NCBI RefSeq assembly: GCF_006345805.1
Contig: NC_043000.1
Location: 143,220,001 to 143,284,000 of the forward strand
Length of the DNA: 64,000 nucleotides
Direction: 5' to 3'
Source of the DNA: Octopus sinensis
Taxonomy: Eukaryota
A program made the translations under genes and the position numbers. The notes below the pieces were generated by a model, which worked only from the letters and a program-made list of their open reading frames with translations, did not search any database and was not told the origin of the DNA. Of the stretch, positions 12,322-25,003 are shown one piece after another. Each line of letters opens with the position of its first letter. Within the stretch, counting starts at the first letter, position 1.

Positions 12322-13111
12322 ATGCTACCCAATTTTGCATTCTCTGTACATACACACGTATTCGCAAACAACACATAGACGCACAGACACATTTTGTAAA
12401 AAGGATGCTTAAACTATTGAAATTTACTGCTGCATATATTTAACGTTATTAGTTATTTTGCTTTATATATGTCTTATTCAATTCGTTTCGTTTCGTTCTT
12501 TTAAATAACCTGTTTTGAGCAATTTCTTTATCCTGTTAATTTATATTTTGGTTGAATATAAAACAGCCTGAACAATTTCGATCTGCTCCACTTGAGGCAT
12601 AAGAAATATAGTTTTTGCAGTTCGCAAGATCCCGGCATTGAATGACTCTTTGAAAAGAATTCTTATCTATATAACCACTCAATCCATGCTATTATTGTAC
12701 CATATACATTTCTACGCGCTGCGTTATGCATGTTCAATAACTATGATAAAACCACACTCACGTCATTGATATCTACTAACACATATACAGACATGCATGT
12801 GCTTGTATGTCTCTTCATAGATATAAGTGCTTTCTGTCGGTCTTCTATACCAAAGGTCCCAATCATTAGGCTACGCACAAGTATCGGGCTGCACAGGAAG
12901 CATGAATTAAAAAAAATTATTTTATTGATAATTGCTGTTTTCAACGTATTTTGGCATTATACATGTATGATATGTTTATGTGTGTGTGTGTGTGTATTCT
13001 TTTATTCTTTTATTCTTTTACATGTTTTAGTAGTTTGACTGGAACACCGCCTTGAAGGGTTTTAGTCGAACAAATCGACCCCGAGATTTAATCTATATAT
13101 ATACATATATA

Positions 13112-13324
13112 CTCTTTTATTCTCTTACTTGTTTCAGTCATTTGACTACAGCCATGCTGGAGCACCGCCTTAAATCGAGCAACTCGACCCCGGGACTTAT
13201 TCTTTGTAAGCCCAGTACTTATTATATCGGTCTCTTTTGCCGAACCGCTAATGGACGGGGGCATAAACGCACCAGCATCGGTTGACAAGCGATGCTAGGG
13301 GGACAAACACAGACACACAAACAA

Positions 13325-13381
<57 letters not shown>

Positions 13382-13552
13382 CATATATACGACGGGCTTC
13401 TTTCAGTTTCCGTCTACCAAATCCACTCACAAGGCTTTGGTCGGCCCGAGGCTATAGTAGAAGACACTTGCCCAAGGTGCCACGTAGTGGGACTGAACCC
13501 GGAACCACGTGGTTCGTAAGCAAGCTACTTACCACACAGCCACTCCTGCGCC
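13112..13552 (-). mobile_element. SINE family B (a further 3' fragment at about 13005-13085)
   Basis: Full-length match to 155-562. Confidence 0.9.
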
Positions 13553-13631
13553 TATATATATATTTATAAATTTTCAGAATGAGATAAAAATCCAAGGCTG
13601 AGAAAGATTTTAGAACATTTATAAATAGAAA

Positions 13632-13679
13632 GTCTTACAGATATTTCCGGGATATTTTATATATCTCTTCATCGGAGAC
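13632..13679 (-). ncRNA. Variant hammerhead-like motif (CCGAUGA core)
   Basis: GTCT CCGATGA AGAGATAT-ATAAA-ATATCCCG GAAA TATCTG TA AGAC. Confidence 0.6.
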
Positions 13680-13987
13680 GGTGTGAGAAAATGTTTAAGC
13701 AATAGTTATTTTAGATAAGATATGAAACAGAGAGTGAAGTGGAGGAATGAAAATAGACGTGAGATTTGCAGGGATATTGCATCTGTAGATCCATTATTAA
13801 GGCAGACTGGTATACATAATGATACATAATAAGGCAGACTGGTATGCATATGTATACCATTCTGCCTTAATAATGGGTCTACAGATGCAATATCCCCACA
13901 TATCTCACATCTATTTTCATTCCCCCACTTCACTCTCTATTTCATATCTTCTCTAGAATAACTATTGCTTAACCATTTTCTCACACC

Positions 13988-14035
13988 GTCTCCGATGAAG
14001 GGATATATAAAATATCCCAGAAACAGCTGTGAGAC
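13988..14035 (+). ncRNA. Variant hammerhead-like motif (CCGAUGA core; GUG at the cleavage triplet)
   Basis: GTCT CCGATGA AGGGATAT-ATAAA-ATATCCCA GAAA CAGCTG TG AGAC; palindromic stem III ACAGCTGT. Confidence 0.65.
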
Positions 14036-14250
14036 ATTCTATTTATAAATGTTCTGAAATCTTTCACGGCCTTGGATTTTTATCTCATCCTAAAATTTTG
14101 TTTTTATATATACACATGCTGTTATATGACCTACGTTGGATTCCTCATTCGCATAATCGCCGAACCTGGAGCTTAACTATAGTCTGTCCATAGCACATAC
14201 TCAGCATTACGTGACACCTTTGGATCTTATTGACACCATTACCTCTCATA

Positions 14251-14294
<44 letters not shown>

Positions 14295-14330
14295 ATATAT
14301 AAATATATATATATATTTAAATATATATAT

Positions 14331-14369
<39 letters not shown>

Positions 14370-14388
14370 CTCATATATATATATATAT

Positions 14389-14550
14389 ATACGACAGGCT
14401 TCTGTCAGTTTCAGTTTAACAAATACACTAATAAGGCGGCTTTAGTCGCCCGAGGCTATACTAAAAGACATTTCCCCAAGGCGCTTTACAGTGGGATTGA
14501 ACCCTGAAACATATGGTTAGCAGGAAAATTTCTTTACCAGTCAGTCACAC
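14389..14550 (-). mobile_element. SINE family B, diverged 5' half
   Basis: ACGACAGGCTTCTGTCAGTTTC...GCCCGAGGCTATA...GTGGGATTGAACCC. Confidence 0.75.
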
Positions 14551-15339
14551 CGTATTATATTTGTAATATTTGAGAATGACATATAATGCATTTTATTGTA
14601 TTTTGTTTAAGCGCATCATTCCCGGTCCGCGGAGCAATTTCCTTGCATGAAGTAAGTCGATGGTGTAAAAAAAAAAAAAGGTTTGGTGTTCCTCTTGGAC
14701 TAGCACCATAATCAATATATCTAGAAAAATTTTTTCGAAAATCTTGTTTGTATCACATCTAAGTTTCATAGATTGAAAAGCTATCGTAATGTTGCAGAAC
14801 CTGTAATCCCGATTCTATTGGATAGAATCCATGCAAAAATATCACATACAGCGAGTAAGTTATTCCCTACTAAGAACGTAATCAAATTTTCTCTGGGTTT
14901 TTTTTTGTCCCTATTTCGAGTGACAGAGGAAAATTGAAAACTGAATGTTTCCGCATGCGGAGCATGTTACTTAGCCTTTAGCACATTTTCTCTTCAGTTA
15001 TTTTTCAATGTATGTGCACAGTTCGTTGCTTTAATCTGCTTATCTATCGACCAATCTTTTTTTTTTTTCATCTATCTATCTATCTCTATCACACACACAC
15101 TCTCTCTTTTACTCTCTCTCTCTTGCTCTCTTGTTCTCTTGTTCTCTCTTTTCCCTATTGCTCTGTGTACGCGTATACATGCACGCATTTATTTAAACAC
15201 ATATAAACACACACGCAGTCGATTGCCTAATAATCGATTACCAAAAACATAAAAAACAAAAACAAAAATGAATGTGAAAGTGTCAGTAATCCAACATGGA
15301 CAAAGATGAACTTCAAACCAAGAGATTAGTAAATAAGGT

Positions 15340-16545
15340 GTGTGTATGTATGTATTATGTAGGTATGTATGTATGTATATGTATGTATGTATGTATGTAA
15401 TGTATGTATGCATGTATGTATGTTTGGTGTGTGTATGTATATTGTATGTAGGTATGTATGTATGTATGTATGTATGTAGTATGTAGTATGTATCGTGTAT
15501 GTATGTGTTATGTATGTTTGTATGTATGCCTGTATGTATGTATGTATGTATGCATTATGTATGTGTGTATGTATGTTTGTATGTATGTATGTATGCCTGT
15601 ATGTATGTAGTATTATGTATGTATGTATGTATGTATTTATGCCTGTTGTATGTATGTATGTTGTATGTATGTATGTATGTATGCATGTATGTATTGTGTA
15701 TGATGTTTGTATGTATGTATGTTATGTATGTGGTATGTATGTATTTATGTTTGTATGTATTTATGTATGTATGTATGTATGTATGTATGTATGTATGTAT
15801 GTATGTATGTATTTATGTATGTATGTAGTATGTTTGTATGTATGTGTATGTATGTATGTATGTATGCATGCATGTATGTATGTATGTATGTATGTATATA
15901 TGTATGTATGTATGTATGTATGCATGCATGTATGTATGCATGTATGTATGTTTGTGTGTGTATGTATGTATGTATGTATGTATGTATGTATGTATGTATG
16001 TATGTATGTATGTTTGTGTGTGTATGTATGTATGTATGTATGTATGCATGTATGTATGTATGTATGCATGCATGTATGTATGTATGTATGTATGTATGTA
16101 TGATGTATGTATGCATGTATGTATGTATGCATGTATGTATGTTTGTGTGTGTATGTATGTATGTATGTATGTATGCATGTATGTATGCATGCATGTATGT
16201 CTGTATATATGTATGTATGTATGCATGTATGTATGTATGTATGTATGTATGTATGCATGTATGTATGTATGTATGTATGCATGTATGTATGTATGTATGT
16301 ATGTATGTATGTATGTATGTATGTATGTATGTATGTATGTATGTGTGTGTATGTATGTTTGTATGTATGCATGTATGTATGTATGTATGTATGTATGTAT
16401 GTATGTATGCATGCATGTATGTATGTATGTATGTATGTATGTATGTATGTATGTATGCTTGTATGTATGCATGTATGTATGTATGCATGTATGTATGTAT
16501 GTATGCATGTATGTATGTATGTTTGTGTGTGTATGTATGTATATA
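15340..16545. repeat. ~1.2-kb (TATG)n tetranucleotide array
   Basis: Direct reading; source of the spurious MYVC/HTYI ORFs. Confidence 0.98.
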
Positions 16546-16633
16546 TGAATGTATTTGTGCATGTGTGTGTGTGTCTACATGTATGTCTGGAAGTATGTGT
16601 AAACATGTATGTATTTATGTGTGCATGTATGGT

Positions 16634-16665
<32 letters not shown>

Positions 16666-16666
<1 letters not shown>

Positions 16667-17271
16667 TAAATAAAATGAGACAAGAAAGCCAAGGCCATGT
16701 GAAATTTCTGGGACATTTATAAAGAGAAAGGTAGTCTTACAACTGTTTCATGGATATAATGGCTATCCCATCATTAAAGGCGATATGTGATAGTTTAATA
16801 GAGGAAAATAGTAGAGTTCAATATCAGAAGTTATTTTGGAAAAAAGAGATATAGGAAGTATAAAGGGAAATAAGAGAATAAAAACTAAAATAAATATATA
16901 TATTGGATGTTACATTTGCAGTTCCATTATCCAAGGGAAGTGCTGTGTAGAATTGGTAGAGAGGCTTCTTGTCCATGGTATGTAAATTCCGATAGGAGTT
17001 GATATTTTTGTTTTTACAAATGGATAGTATAACATCCAACATATATATATATTTTTTTTTCTCTTATTTCCCTTTTTACTTCCAGTATATCTCCCTTTCC
17101 ATAATAACCTCGTATGCTGAACTATGTTATTTCTCTCTATTTAACTCTCTCATTTCGTATCTGATCATGAAATATCCTTTATATCCCTACAACAGCTGTA
17201 AGACTAAGTTTCTCTTTATAAATGTCCTAGAAATTCACAGTGCCTTGGCTTTGTTGCCTCATTTTATTTAA
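16666..17271. mobile_element. Older foldback element of the same PLE-like family as 13567-14099
   Basis: Inverted arms 16666-16912 and 17030-17271; termini TAAATAAAATGAGACAAGAAAGCCAAGGC / GCCTTGGCTTTGTTGCCTCATTTTATTTA; decayed CAGCTGTAAGAC motif. Confidence 0.72.
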
Positions 17272-17284
17272 TATATACATGCTC

Positions 17285-17541
17285 ACACACCAGCATCGGT
17301 TGTCAAGCGGTGTTGGGGTGGGGTGGGGGGCAAACACAGACACACAAACACACACACACATATTTATATATACATATATACGACAGGCTTCTTTCAGTTT
17401 CCGTCTACCAAATCCACTCACAAGGCTTTGGTCAGCCCGAGGCTATAGTAGAAGACACTTGCCCAAGTTGCCACGCAGTGGGACTGAACCTGAAACTATG
17501 TGGTTGTAAGCAAGCTACTTACAACACAGTCCACTCCTACG

Positions 17542-17543
<2 letters not shown>
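17285..17543 (-). mobile_element. SINE family B, 3'-truncated
   Basis: Match to the family B head and mid-body. Confidence 0.88.
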
Positions 17544-17629
<86 letters not shown>

Positions 17630-17632
<3 letters not shown>

Positions 17633-17847
17633 CGAGAGGGGGCCTGGAAAGTTTCTGGCTTGGGCAAAAGAAAATTCAAGGAGATCAGTTATGATGTTTT
17701 CCAACATATTCCCCTCTCAGATTCATACACTTATTGCAAGGATCCTTCAGTTTTTCTAAGCCCTGTAAAAGAACTCAGAAGATTGGGCCTCCAGCAAGGC
17801 CCTTCGCGATACCTTTAAAGTCAGGAACTTTTCAGTACCCCCTCATT

Positions 17848-17848
<1 letters not shown>
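17630..17848. mobile_element. Mariner-type MITE
   Basis: Imperfect TIRs CACGAGAGGGGGCCTGGAAAGTTTCTGGCTT / AAAGTCAGGAACTTTTCAGTACCCCCTCAT resembling mariner (TA)CGAGGGGGT..TGAAAAGT ends; TA-rich flanks. Confidence 0.75.
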
Positions 17849-17880
<32 letters not shown>

Positions 17881-18268
17881 GTGAGTGTGTTTGTGCAAGT
17901 ATGTACGCGTGTGTATGTACGTATGTGTGTATGAGTGAATAGATGGATGCATGCACACACAGTATTACGCATAATCGAGTTTGAAATCTAAGTGTGATAT
18001 CTTCATCAGCATACTGCTCTCCATTTATTTACAATGGTCTTAACTTGTCATAAACTTATACCACTGATATATATTTCAACTTATTTTATGTGTAGGAATA
18101 TTTCCGCAATACTGCCATCGTTAATAGCCATTATGGTGTTTCATAGTTTTAATATTGTTCATTATATATGGTTATGTCTCGCTTGTTATTAGGTCTTCAC
18201 TGAAATTTATACGCAGCAGAAGAGTCAATCAATCAATCATTCAATCAATCAATTAATCGATCAATCCG

Positions 18269-18345
<77 letters not shown>

Positions 18346-18704
18346 CATTTAGCTATCTATCAATTCATCTATGTAATATATATATTAATATATATATATA
18401 ATTATATGTATATATGTGTTATATGTATATATATTATATATATATTATATATAATATATATATACGTGTGGACTGTGATTGCGTGAGTGTGTGTATTATA
18501 TATATGCGTGTGCGTGTGTATGTATATGTATATATATATATATATATATAGAAAGAGAGGGAGAGAGAAGGAGAGAGGGAAAGATACACACGCACAAATA
18601 TGTATGTGTACATATACATATATGTATACTATATGTATGTGTGTGTGTGTACATAACATTTAATATATAATAACCCTATGTCTTTATGCGTATGTGATAT
18701 ATGT

Positions 18705-18740
<36 letters not shown>

Positions 18741-19124
18741 TCACACACACTCACACACTCACACACAGGCTTAAATTGCCCATTGTGTCTATGTATATCT
18801 CTGCGTATCTGCCTTTCCTCTCTATCTTGAATGTTTAAACATTATAACTTTCTCTCATTCAATGAAGCCTTCACTGATGTCAAAAGCTTAAGACCCTTTC
18901 TTTTCATCTTCAGTAACTCGGTTAAGTATTCGTCTTTGATGGTTAGTGTCTTATCTATTTAACACACACACACCACACACACACACACACACCACACACA
19001 TACAAACACTATGTACGCATTAAATCAAATACACACTCATATGCGAATCTATATTATGCGTGATTTTATATTTATAAATTTGTCAGTATGTATAGATCAT
19101 CGTATGTATATATAAGTATAGATG

Positions 19125-19138
19125 ATATATGATATATA

Positions 19139-19188
<50 letters not shown>

Positions 19189-19499
19189 TTATTTAAATAT
19201 ATACATATATGTATGTATGTGTATATATACATATGTATATATATATGTTATTATATATATATATATGTATATATGTATATATGTAATATATGTGTGTATA
19301 TATTATATGTATATATATATATATATGTTCTATATATATAGTATATATGTATATATATATATATGTATATATTTGTATATATATATATATGTATGGTTAT
19401 ATTATAATATGTTATATATATATAAATATATGTATATATATGATAATATATATATATATACATATGTATATATATATATATTATGTATATATATGTATA

Positions 19500-19531
<32 letters not shown>

Positions 19532-19565
19532 CAATATATACATACGATCTACACATACATATACA
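19125..19565. repeat. Degenerate (TA)n/(TATG)n tract
   Basis: Direct reading. Confidence 0.95.
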
Positions 19566-20055
19566 TATGTAGATATAAGGTATAGATACACAAATATACA
19601 TCTCATTCGACAGCTACTACATAATATACATACGTACATATATACATGCATGCATGCATCCGACCATACATAGATGCCCACACACACGCATGCACGCACA
19701 TACATATGCATGTATACATATATATATATGCCTATATATACTGTATATGTATACACATAGACTCACACATCTATAAGCCAGTATGCATGCATAGGTATTA
19801 TGCGTGTACGTAATCCTCACATACATCTTTGTACATACGTACGCGCGTGTATGGGCGTGCGTCCGTGCCTCTGTGTGTATGTGGCCTGTGGTGTAGTGGT
19901 GGTGGTGGTGGTGGTGTGTGTGTGTTTATGTGTGTGTGCATGTGAGTGCATAAGCGCTGGTTTTACACCTGAGTATTTGTATTTAAATGCCTTCAATAGT
20001 TGCTACGTGAAAGAACATTGGTATGTGTAAGATTTTATAAGTATGTATTTACATA

Positions 20056-20444
20056 GGCGCAGGAGTGGCTGTGTGGTAAGTAGCTTGTTTACCACCACAT
20101 GTTCCGGGTTCAGTCCATGCGTGGCACCTTGGGAAGTGTTTTCTACTATAGCCTCAGGCCGACAAAGCCGGGTGAGTGGATTTGGTAGACGGAAACTGAA
20201 AGAAGCCCGTCGTATATGATTATATAGGTATGTTGCGTGTATGTTTGGGTGTCTGTGTTTGTCTCCCAACATCGCTTGACAACTAATGCTGGTGTGTTTA
20301 TGTCCCCGTCACTTAGCGGTTCGGCAAAAGAGACCGATAGAATAAGTACTGGGCTTACAAAGAATAAGTCCCGGGGCCGAGTTGCTTGACTAAAGGCGGT
20401 GCTCCAGCATGGCCGCAGTCAAAATGACTGAAACAAGTAAAAGA
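20056..20444 (+). mobile_element. SINE family B
   Basis: Full-length match. Confidence 0.9.
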
Positions 20445-21281
20445 AAAAATATGTGAATGAGCCACTATGACAAAAATAAATAAATAAAAGGGTCCAGTGA
20501 CGCCAGTAGCACGAAAATCTAACAGTAAAGTCGTCGGGTTCCATGTCAATTCTCTGCACGTTTCTTTGGGGGTTATATTGCAATAAAACAAACCAGCTCA
20601 GCAAATTAATTTCGATTGCTATAGTGTAAATAATTTGTCTGACTTAATGAAATAAATCTCAATAGGAAACAACATAGATGGCGCATATACATTATCGTCA
20701 CTGCATCCCTCTAAATTCATCAGGTCTAAATCACTAATTAATGTCTAACTGCAGTCATTGCCACAGACATAAGTGAACAATTGGAGATTGATTGGTGATG
20801 TTTGTAGACGGCGGGAATTGAAGACATTTCATTGGGAAGTTATAAACAACTAGGCACCGAGCCAAATATATCTTTTACAGGAAATACAAAGAGGATGAAA
20901 GTTTACCCGAATCTTTTGAAAACCTAAAAACTTTATCTCAAAATAATTAAACATAACTACATCACCTTTTATCCAATACAGACCGTGTCAAAAATTATTT
21001 GCACTGGACATATTCTATTTCTGGTAAGAAGATTGTAGTTCACGAATTACTTATTCGATGCTCTACTGTTGGTTCATAGTTTCTTATTCCTTCTCTCTTC
21101 CTCACTTACACATAGATATTTTCATCTATTTGCAAATATACACCTAATGACCCTTCCCCTTTCTCTATAATTCTCACTTTATATATAATATATAATATAT
21201 AATACATATATATATAATAGATAGTACATATATACGTGTGTTGTATTATAGTATCATATATATATATATATATACTATATC

Positions 21282-21318
<37 letters not shown>

Positions 21319-21319
<1 letters not shown>

Positions 21320-21508
21320 TTTATTTAAAGCAGCGGAAAAATTCAACAAAACCTGTTACTCTGAGTTTCACGTTGCCGTTCGACGAACGGCAACGTGAAA
21401 ACTCAGAGTAAAAGGTTTTGTTGAATTTTCTGCTGCTTTAAATAAACCATATTACTCTACCACTGGTATTTGAGTAATCTTTTTCCACCTTGTTTCACAT
21501 TTATGTGT
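21319..21508. mobile_element. Near-perfect palindromic PLE-like terminus in (TA)n
   Basis: 62-bp arms 21321-21382 and 21384-21445 with a 1-nt loop; each arm carries the 3' half of an HHR (GA ACG-GCAA-CGT GAAA CTC-A-GAG TA). Confidence 0.75.
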
Positions 21509-21517
21509 TTACTCCGG

Positions 21518-21568
<51 letters not shown>

Positions 21569-22020
21569 GTGTGTGTGTGTGAATGTACGCGTGCGCGTGT
21601 GTGGGTGTATATATGAATATATGTATATATGAATGTATACATATGTATGTTATATGTATATATATACACATATATATATAGGGAGAATTCACAAAAAAAA
21701 ACAAAGGCGAAGACAGGTGGTGTACAAAACAAACAGATGTATTAGTATAACATACATATACAGTCCACAAAGTGCTCAAAAGATTCAGACATCCGATGTC
21801 ATTGCAGGGAATCGATTCTACAAGGCAGAGAAAGTCTATAAGAGGGATCAAGTTGAGCGAGTATAGAGGCAATTATGCGGATAAACAAATTAGATGCGTT
21901 AAATGTATTAGATACATATGTAACATATTAAATATTAAATAGTTTGTGTGTGAAATACAAAATCTGTATATACTAGCAAGGATAAAATGCTCGGGATAAA
22001 ATGGCATAATTTTTTTCATT

Positions 22021-22212
22021 TTATTTGTTTCAGTCATATGAATGCGGCCATGCTGGAGCACGGCCGTTGCTCGAACAAATCCACCACAAGATTTATTCTT
22101 TGCAAGCCTAGCACTTAATTTATGAGAGTCTTTTGCCGAGTCGCTAAGTTATGGGAACGTAAGCACAGCAACATAGGTTGTCAAGCAATTGTGGGGGTAC
22201 AAACAGACACAA
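22021..22212 (-). mobile_element. SINE family B, diverged 3' half
   Basis: TTGTTTCAGTCATATGAATGCGGCCATGCTGGAGCAC...TTTTGCCGAGTCGCTAAGT. Confidence 0.75.
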
Positions 22213-22215
22213 ACC

Positions 22216-22255
<40 letters not shown>

Positions 22256-22270
22256 ACACACACACACCAC

Positions 22271-22301
<31 letters not shown>

Positions 22302-22371
22302 AACACACACAGAGACAGACTTACACACACATACACACACACAAATATACGCAGAATGGTATACATATAGA

Positions 22372-22655
22372 AGTCATTTGACGACGCCCTTTTTTTTGTA
22401 ATTGGCTATCCTGTTGCAGGTTCAATCCGAGGAATGTTGAAATAATACCCATCATATCCATTCCACAGAATAAAATTACACTGGAGAGCATCATAAGAAG
22501 GACAAGTCTGTGAAACACGTTTAAGTTTGCTATCTTGAACTCGAATGAGAATATCATGATTTTCATGGGGATCACCAACCATAAGGATGGCTACTTCATT
22601 AGATGTGGTCCCATTAAAACAGCGTAAAATGTTCCTTACTATAGTGTACTGTAGA
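22372..22655 (-). pseudogene. Helitron Rep/helicase (RepHel) remnant
   Basis: RCFNGTTSNEVAILMVGDPHENHDILIRVQDSKLKRVSQTCPSYDALQCNFILWNGYDGYYFNIPRIEP resembles the Helitron block RRFNAPT.NEVA.....DI.......LQRISETHRSYDALQYPLLFW.GEDGY. Confidence 0.88.
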
Positions 22656-22795
22656 CGTAACGAACGCAGAAATACATACACACACACACATACACAAACA
22701 CAGACACACACACACTGAGTCATAGAATTGATAATATTGAAAACAGAAAAACGTACACACACAAAGTTGAAGCGAAACGAAATGCAGCCAATACA

Positions 22796-23236
22796 GGTGC
22801 TCTTGGTCTGAAGCATTTGTCTTATGAAGAAAGGCTGAAGACGTACGACCTTTATTCTCTAGAAAAATGACGACGCCGTGGTGATCTCATTCTCGCTCAC
22901 AACATCATAATCGGAAAGAGTAACCTCTTGAAAGAGCTGTTCTTCACTCCTGCTCCAGAGCGTCGGCCGCGGGGTCACTCCGAAAAGTTCTATCTGCGAC
23001 GATTTCATCTCAATCGAAGGAGAGGGGCTTTCTCCGTCCGGGTGGCGGATCCGTGGAATAGTTGCCGGACGAGATAGTGAAAGATGCCGACGACCGCTCG
23101 GTTTCAAAGTCTCTCTTGACAGGAAGAAATGCCTGACCTGAACTCTTTGAATGAACACCATCCTGTACATAAATCCATGTCCCCCTACATGGCCTTGCTT
23201 TTTGCTTTTTGAGCCCAAAAATTAACTACTAACTAA
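22796..23236 (+). mobile_element. CR1-clade LINE, 5'-truncated 3' end (ORF2 C-terminus, 3'UTR, short repeat tail)
   Basis: LKHLSYEERLKTYDLYSLEK*RRRGDLILAHNII...RPRGHSEKFYLRRFHLNRRRGAFSVRVADPWNS is the typical CR1 post-RT region; ends in AACTACTAACTAA. Confidence 0.9.
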
Positions 23237-24118
23237 AACATACTTTCTGTAGCATAGTTATGCTATATAAAAAGGGAAAGTCACCAATTTAGCAAAAGTT
23301 ATTATGCTTCACCAATGTAAGTCAACATTTATTTCGAACACGTACTAAATTTTATAAAATTCACGACTGAATGAATGTCACGATAGAGAAAGTGAAAATC
23401 CTAGAAAATTCAGAAGGCATAATTCAGTTTTACATATAAAAATAATTTATTTTAGAATTTTGAAACGAATGCTGAACAAAGTGAATAAAAAGGAAGCTGT
23501 TTTTGAACTATAAAACATTATAGACTGTAGAATAAATACCGAGTAACGCAGTAAAAAGTTTGCGTGAAGTTGATACTCACAGTGATGGAGAATACAAGGA
23601 CCTTTAAAAAAGCATTATCTTGAAATAGGTGAGAAGGAGTGGAATAACATTTCTGTAATTATATTGAAGGAGCCGCTGTGGCTTTCTACTTCGTCAAGTT
23701 TCCGAATTTGCTATAATATCCAGAATAATATCTTTTTTAAGATATATTTGCGGGTATTGTGAAAGATGTTAAATCAGGCAAATCTTCATGTTGGTAGTAC
23801 TTGAAAGCGAACGTTGTAGTTTGTTTGAAGTCCAGCTGCAAGTAAAAGTTCAATTATCCGCGCGTTCCCTGTTGAAGGAGGGAAGTACACACTCCTACAT
23901 TAACGCCCACGTGAAGCCTATCTCTGTCCCTGTGCGTGTCTGTCTCTGTCTTTAGATGCGTGTGTGTGCGTGCGTATGTGTGTGCGTGCGTGTGGGTGTG
24001 GGTGTCAGTCGTCACAAAAATATATGTACACTGACAGACACATACACTGTCACACACATACATGTCAGTCATCGGCCTAACGTAGGTAACGAACGTGCGA
24101 ACACGCATATAGAAAGCG

Positions 24119-24151
24119 TGACGTCATCGTCATTATGGTGGTGGTATAAAA
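24119..24151 (+). promoter_or_regulatory. Possible CRE plus TATA box
   Basis: TGACGTCA at 24119-24126 and TATAAAA at 24145-24151 in non-repeat, CpG-containing sequence; no transcript evidence. Confidence 0.2.
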
Positions 24152-24507
24152 TGTCGATAGGTGACGAAAAGAAAAATGATAGTGTTAAATTTTTGTAATG
24201 CAAATATGTGAATGAAAATACAGTTTAGTTGGTAGCTAAAAGCTTACTGAATTAGTTTGATACCCCTTACGTGAAAATCGACAGCTCGATTTTTGAATGC
24301 ATAAGGAACATACGTACACACACACACAAACATATAAACTCTATTTTATAGTTATAGGTGTATATAAACAAAACGAGAGAAAGCAAAATGTAGAGATTTC
24401 ATATAATGAATTTGTAAATATAAACGTGTAGATATTTATATCAATGGGTCCAACTTACACTGGGTACAAACGACAGAAAAAAAATTAAAAGTGTGCAAGA
24501 AAGGCGC

Positions 24508-24634
24508 TATAAGCCCAACAGCTGTTTCAGGGGACTCGGAGATTGTAATGATGTTGGTAGATGTAGTTCATCACAATATGCGACAATGATTGCAGTTAAC
24601 ATTGGCTTGGATGAGCCTCCATCATCAGGGTATA
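24508..24634 (-). ncRNA. Hammerhead-like motif with intact CUGAUGA/GAAA and ~75-nt stem II insert
   Basis: TATACC CTGATGA TGGAGGCTC...GAGTCCCCT GAAA CAGCTG TT GGGCTTATA. Confidence 0.65.
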
Positions 24635-24768
24635 TTTCAGATCTTAATTGGACTTATAACACCTGTTTTCCCCCCTTTAATTCTCTCTCACGTTTTCACT
24701 CTGTTAAGTTGGCCCTATTAATATAAATATAATATATATATATTAATAATATATATATATATATATAT

Positions 24769-24800
<32 letters not shown>

Positions 24801-24961
24801 GTTTATACTTTAAAATTCATCATCTGAAAGTCTACACATTTTGCTTTCTCTCGTTTTGCATCATATTTTGTTTTTCGCACCCAAACTACTACATGTATTA
24901 TATTTAATATATTTAATGTATCTAATTTGTTTATCCGTATAATTACCCCCTCTCTCTCTGT

Positions 24962-25003
<42 letters not shown>

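Larger units (their letters stand above)
13567..14099. mobile_element. ~530-bp foldback element (inverted PLE-like pseudo-LTRs), one HHR-like motif per arm
   Basis: Arms 13567-13819 and 13850-14099 are reverse complements, around a centre with a duplicated TAAGGCAGACTGGTAT; related termini at 16666, 33560, 33900. Confidence 0.8.

Noticed and set aside
15495-16673. ORFs of 109-320 aa (MYVC.../HTYI...), likewise at 49197-50217
   Set aside because: Pure translations of (TATG)n, open in many frames on both strands.
20490-20575. CRELTWNPTTLL, resembling the C-terminus of NeSL/R2-type elements
   Set aside because: Too short to assign a family.
20866-20952. Splice-acceptor-like TTTTACAG followed by KYKEDESLPESFENLKTLSQNN*
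   Set aside because: Only 22 codons; the LRR resemblance is too short and no linked exons were found.
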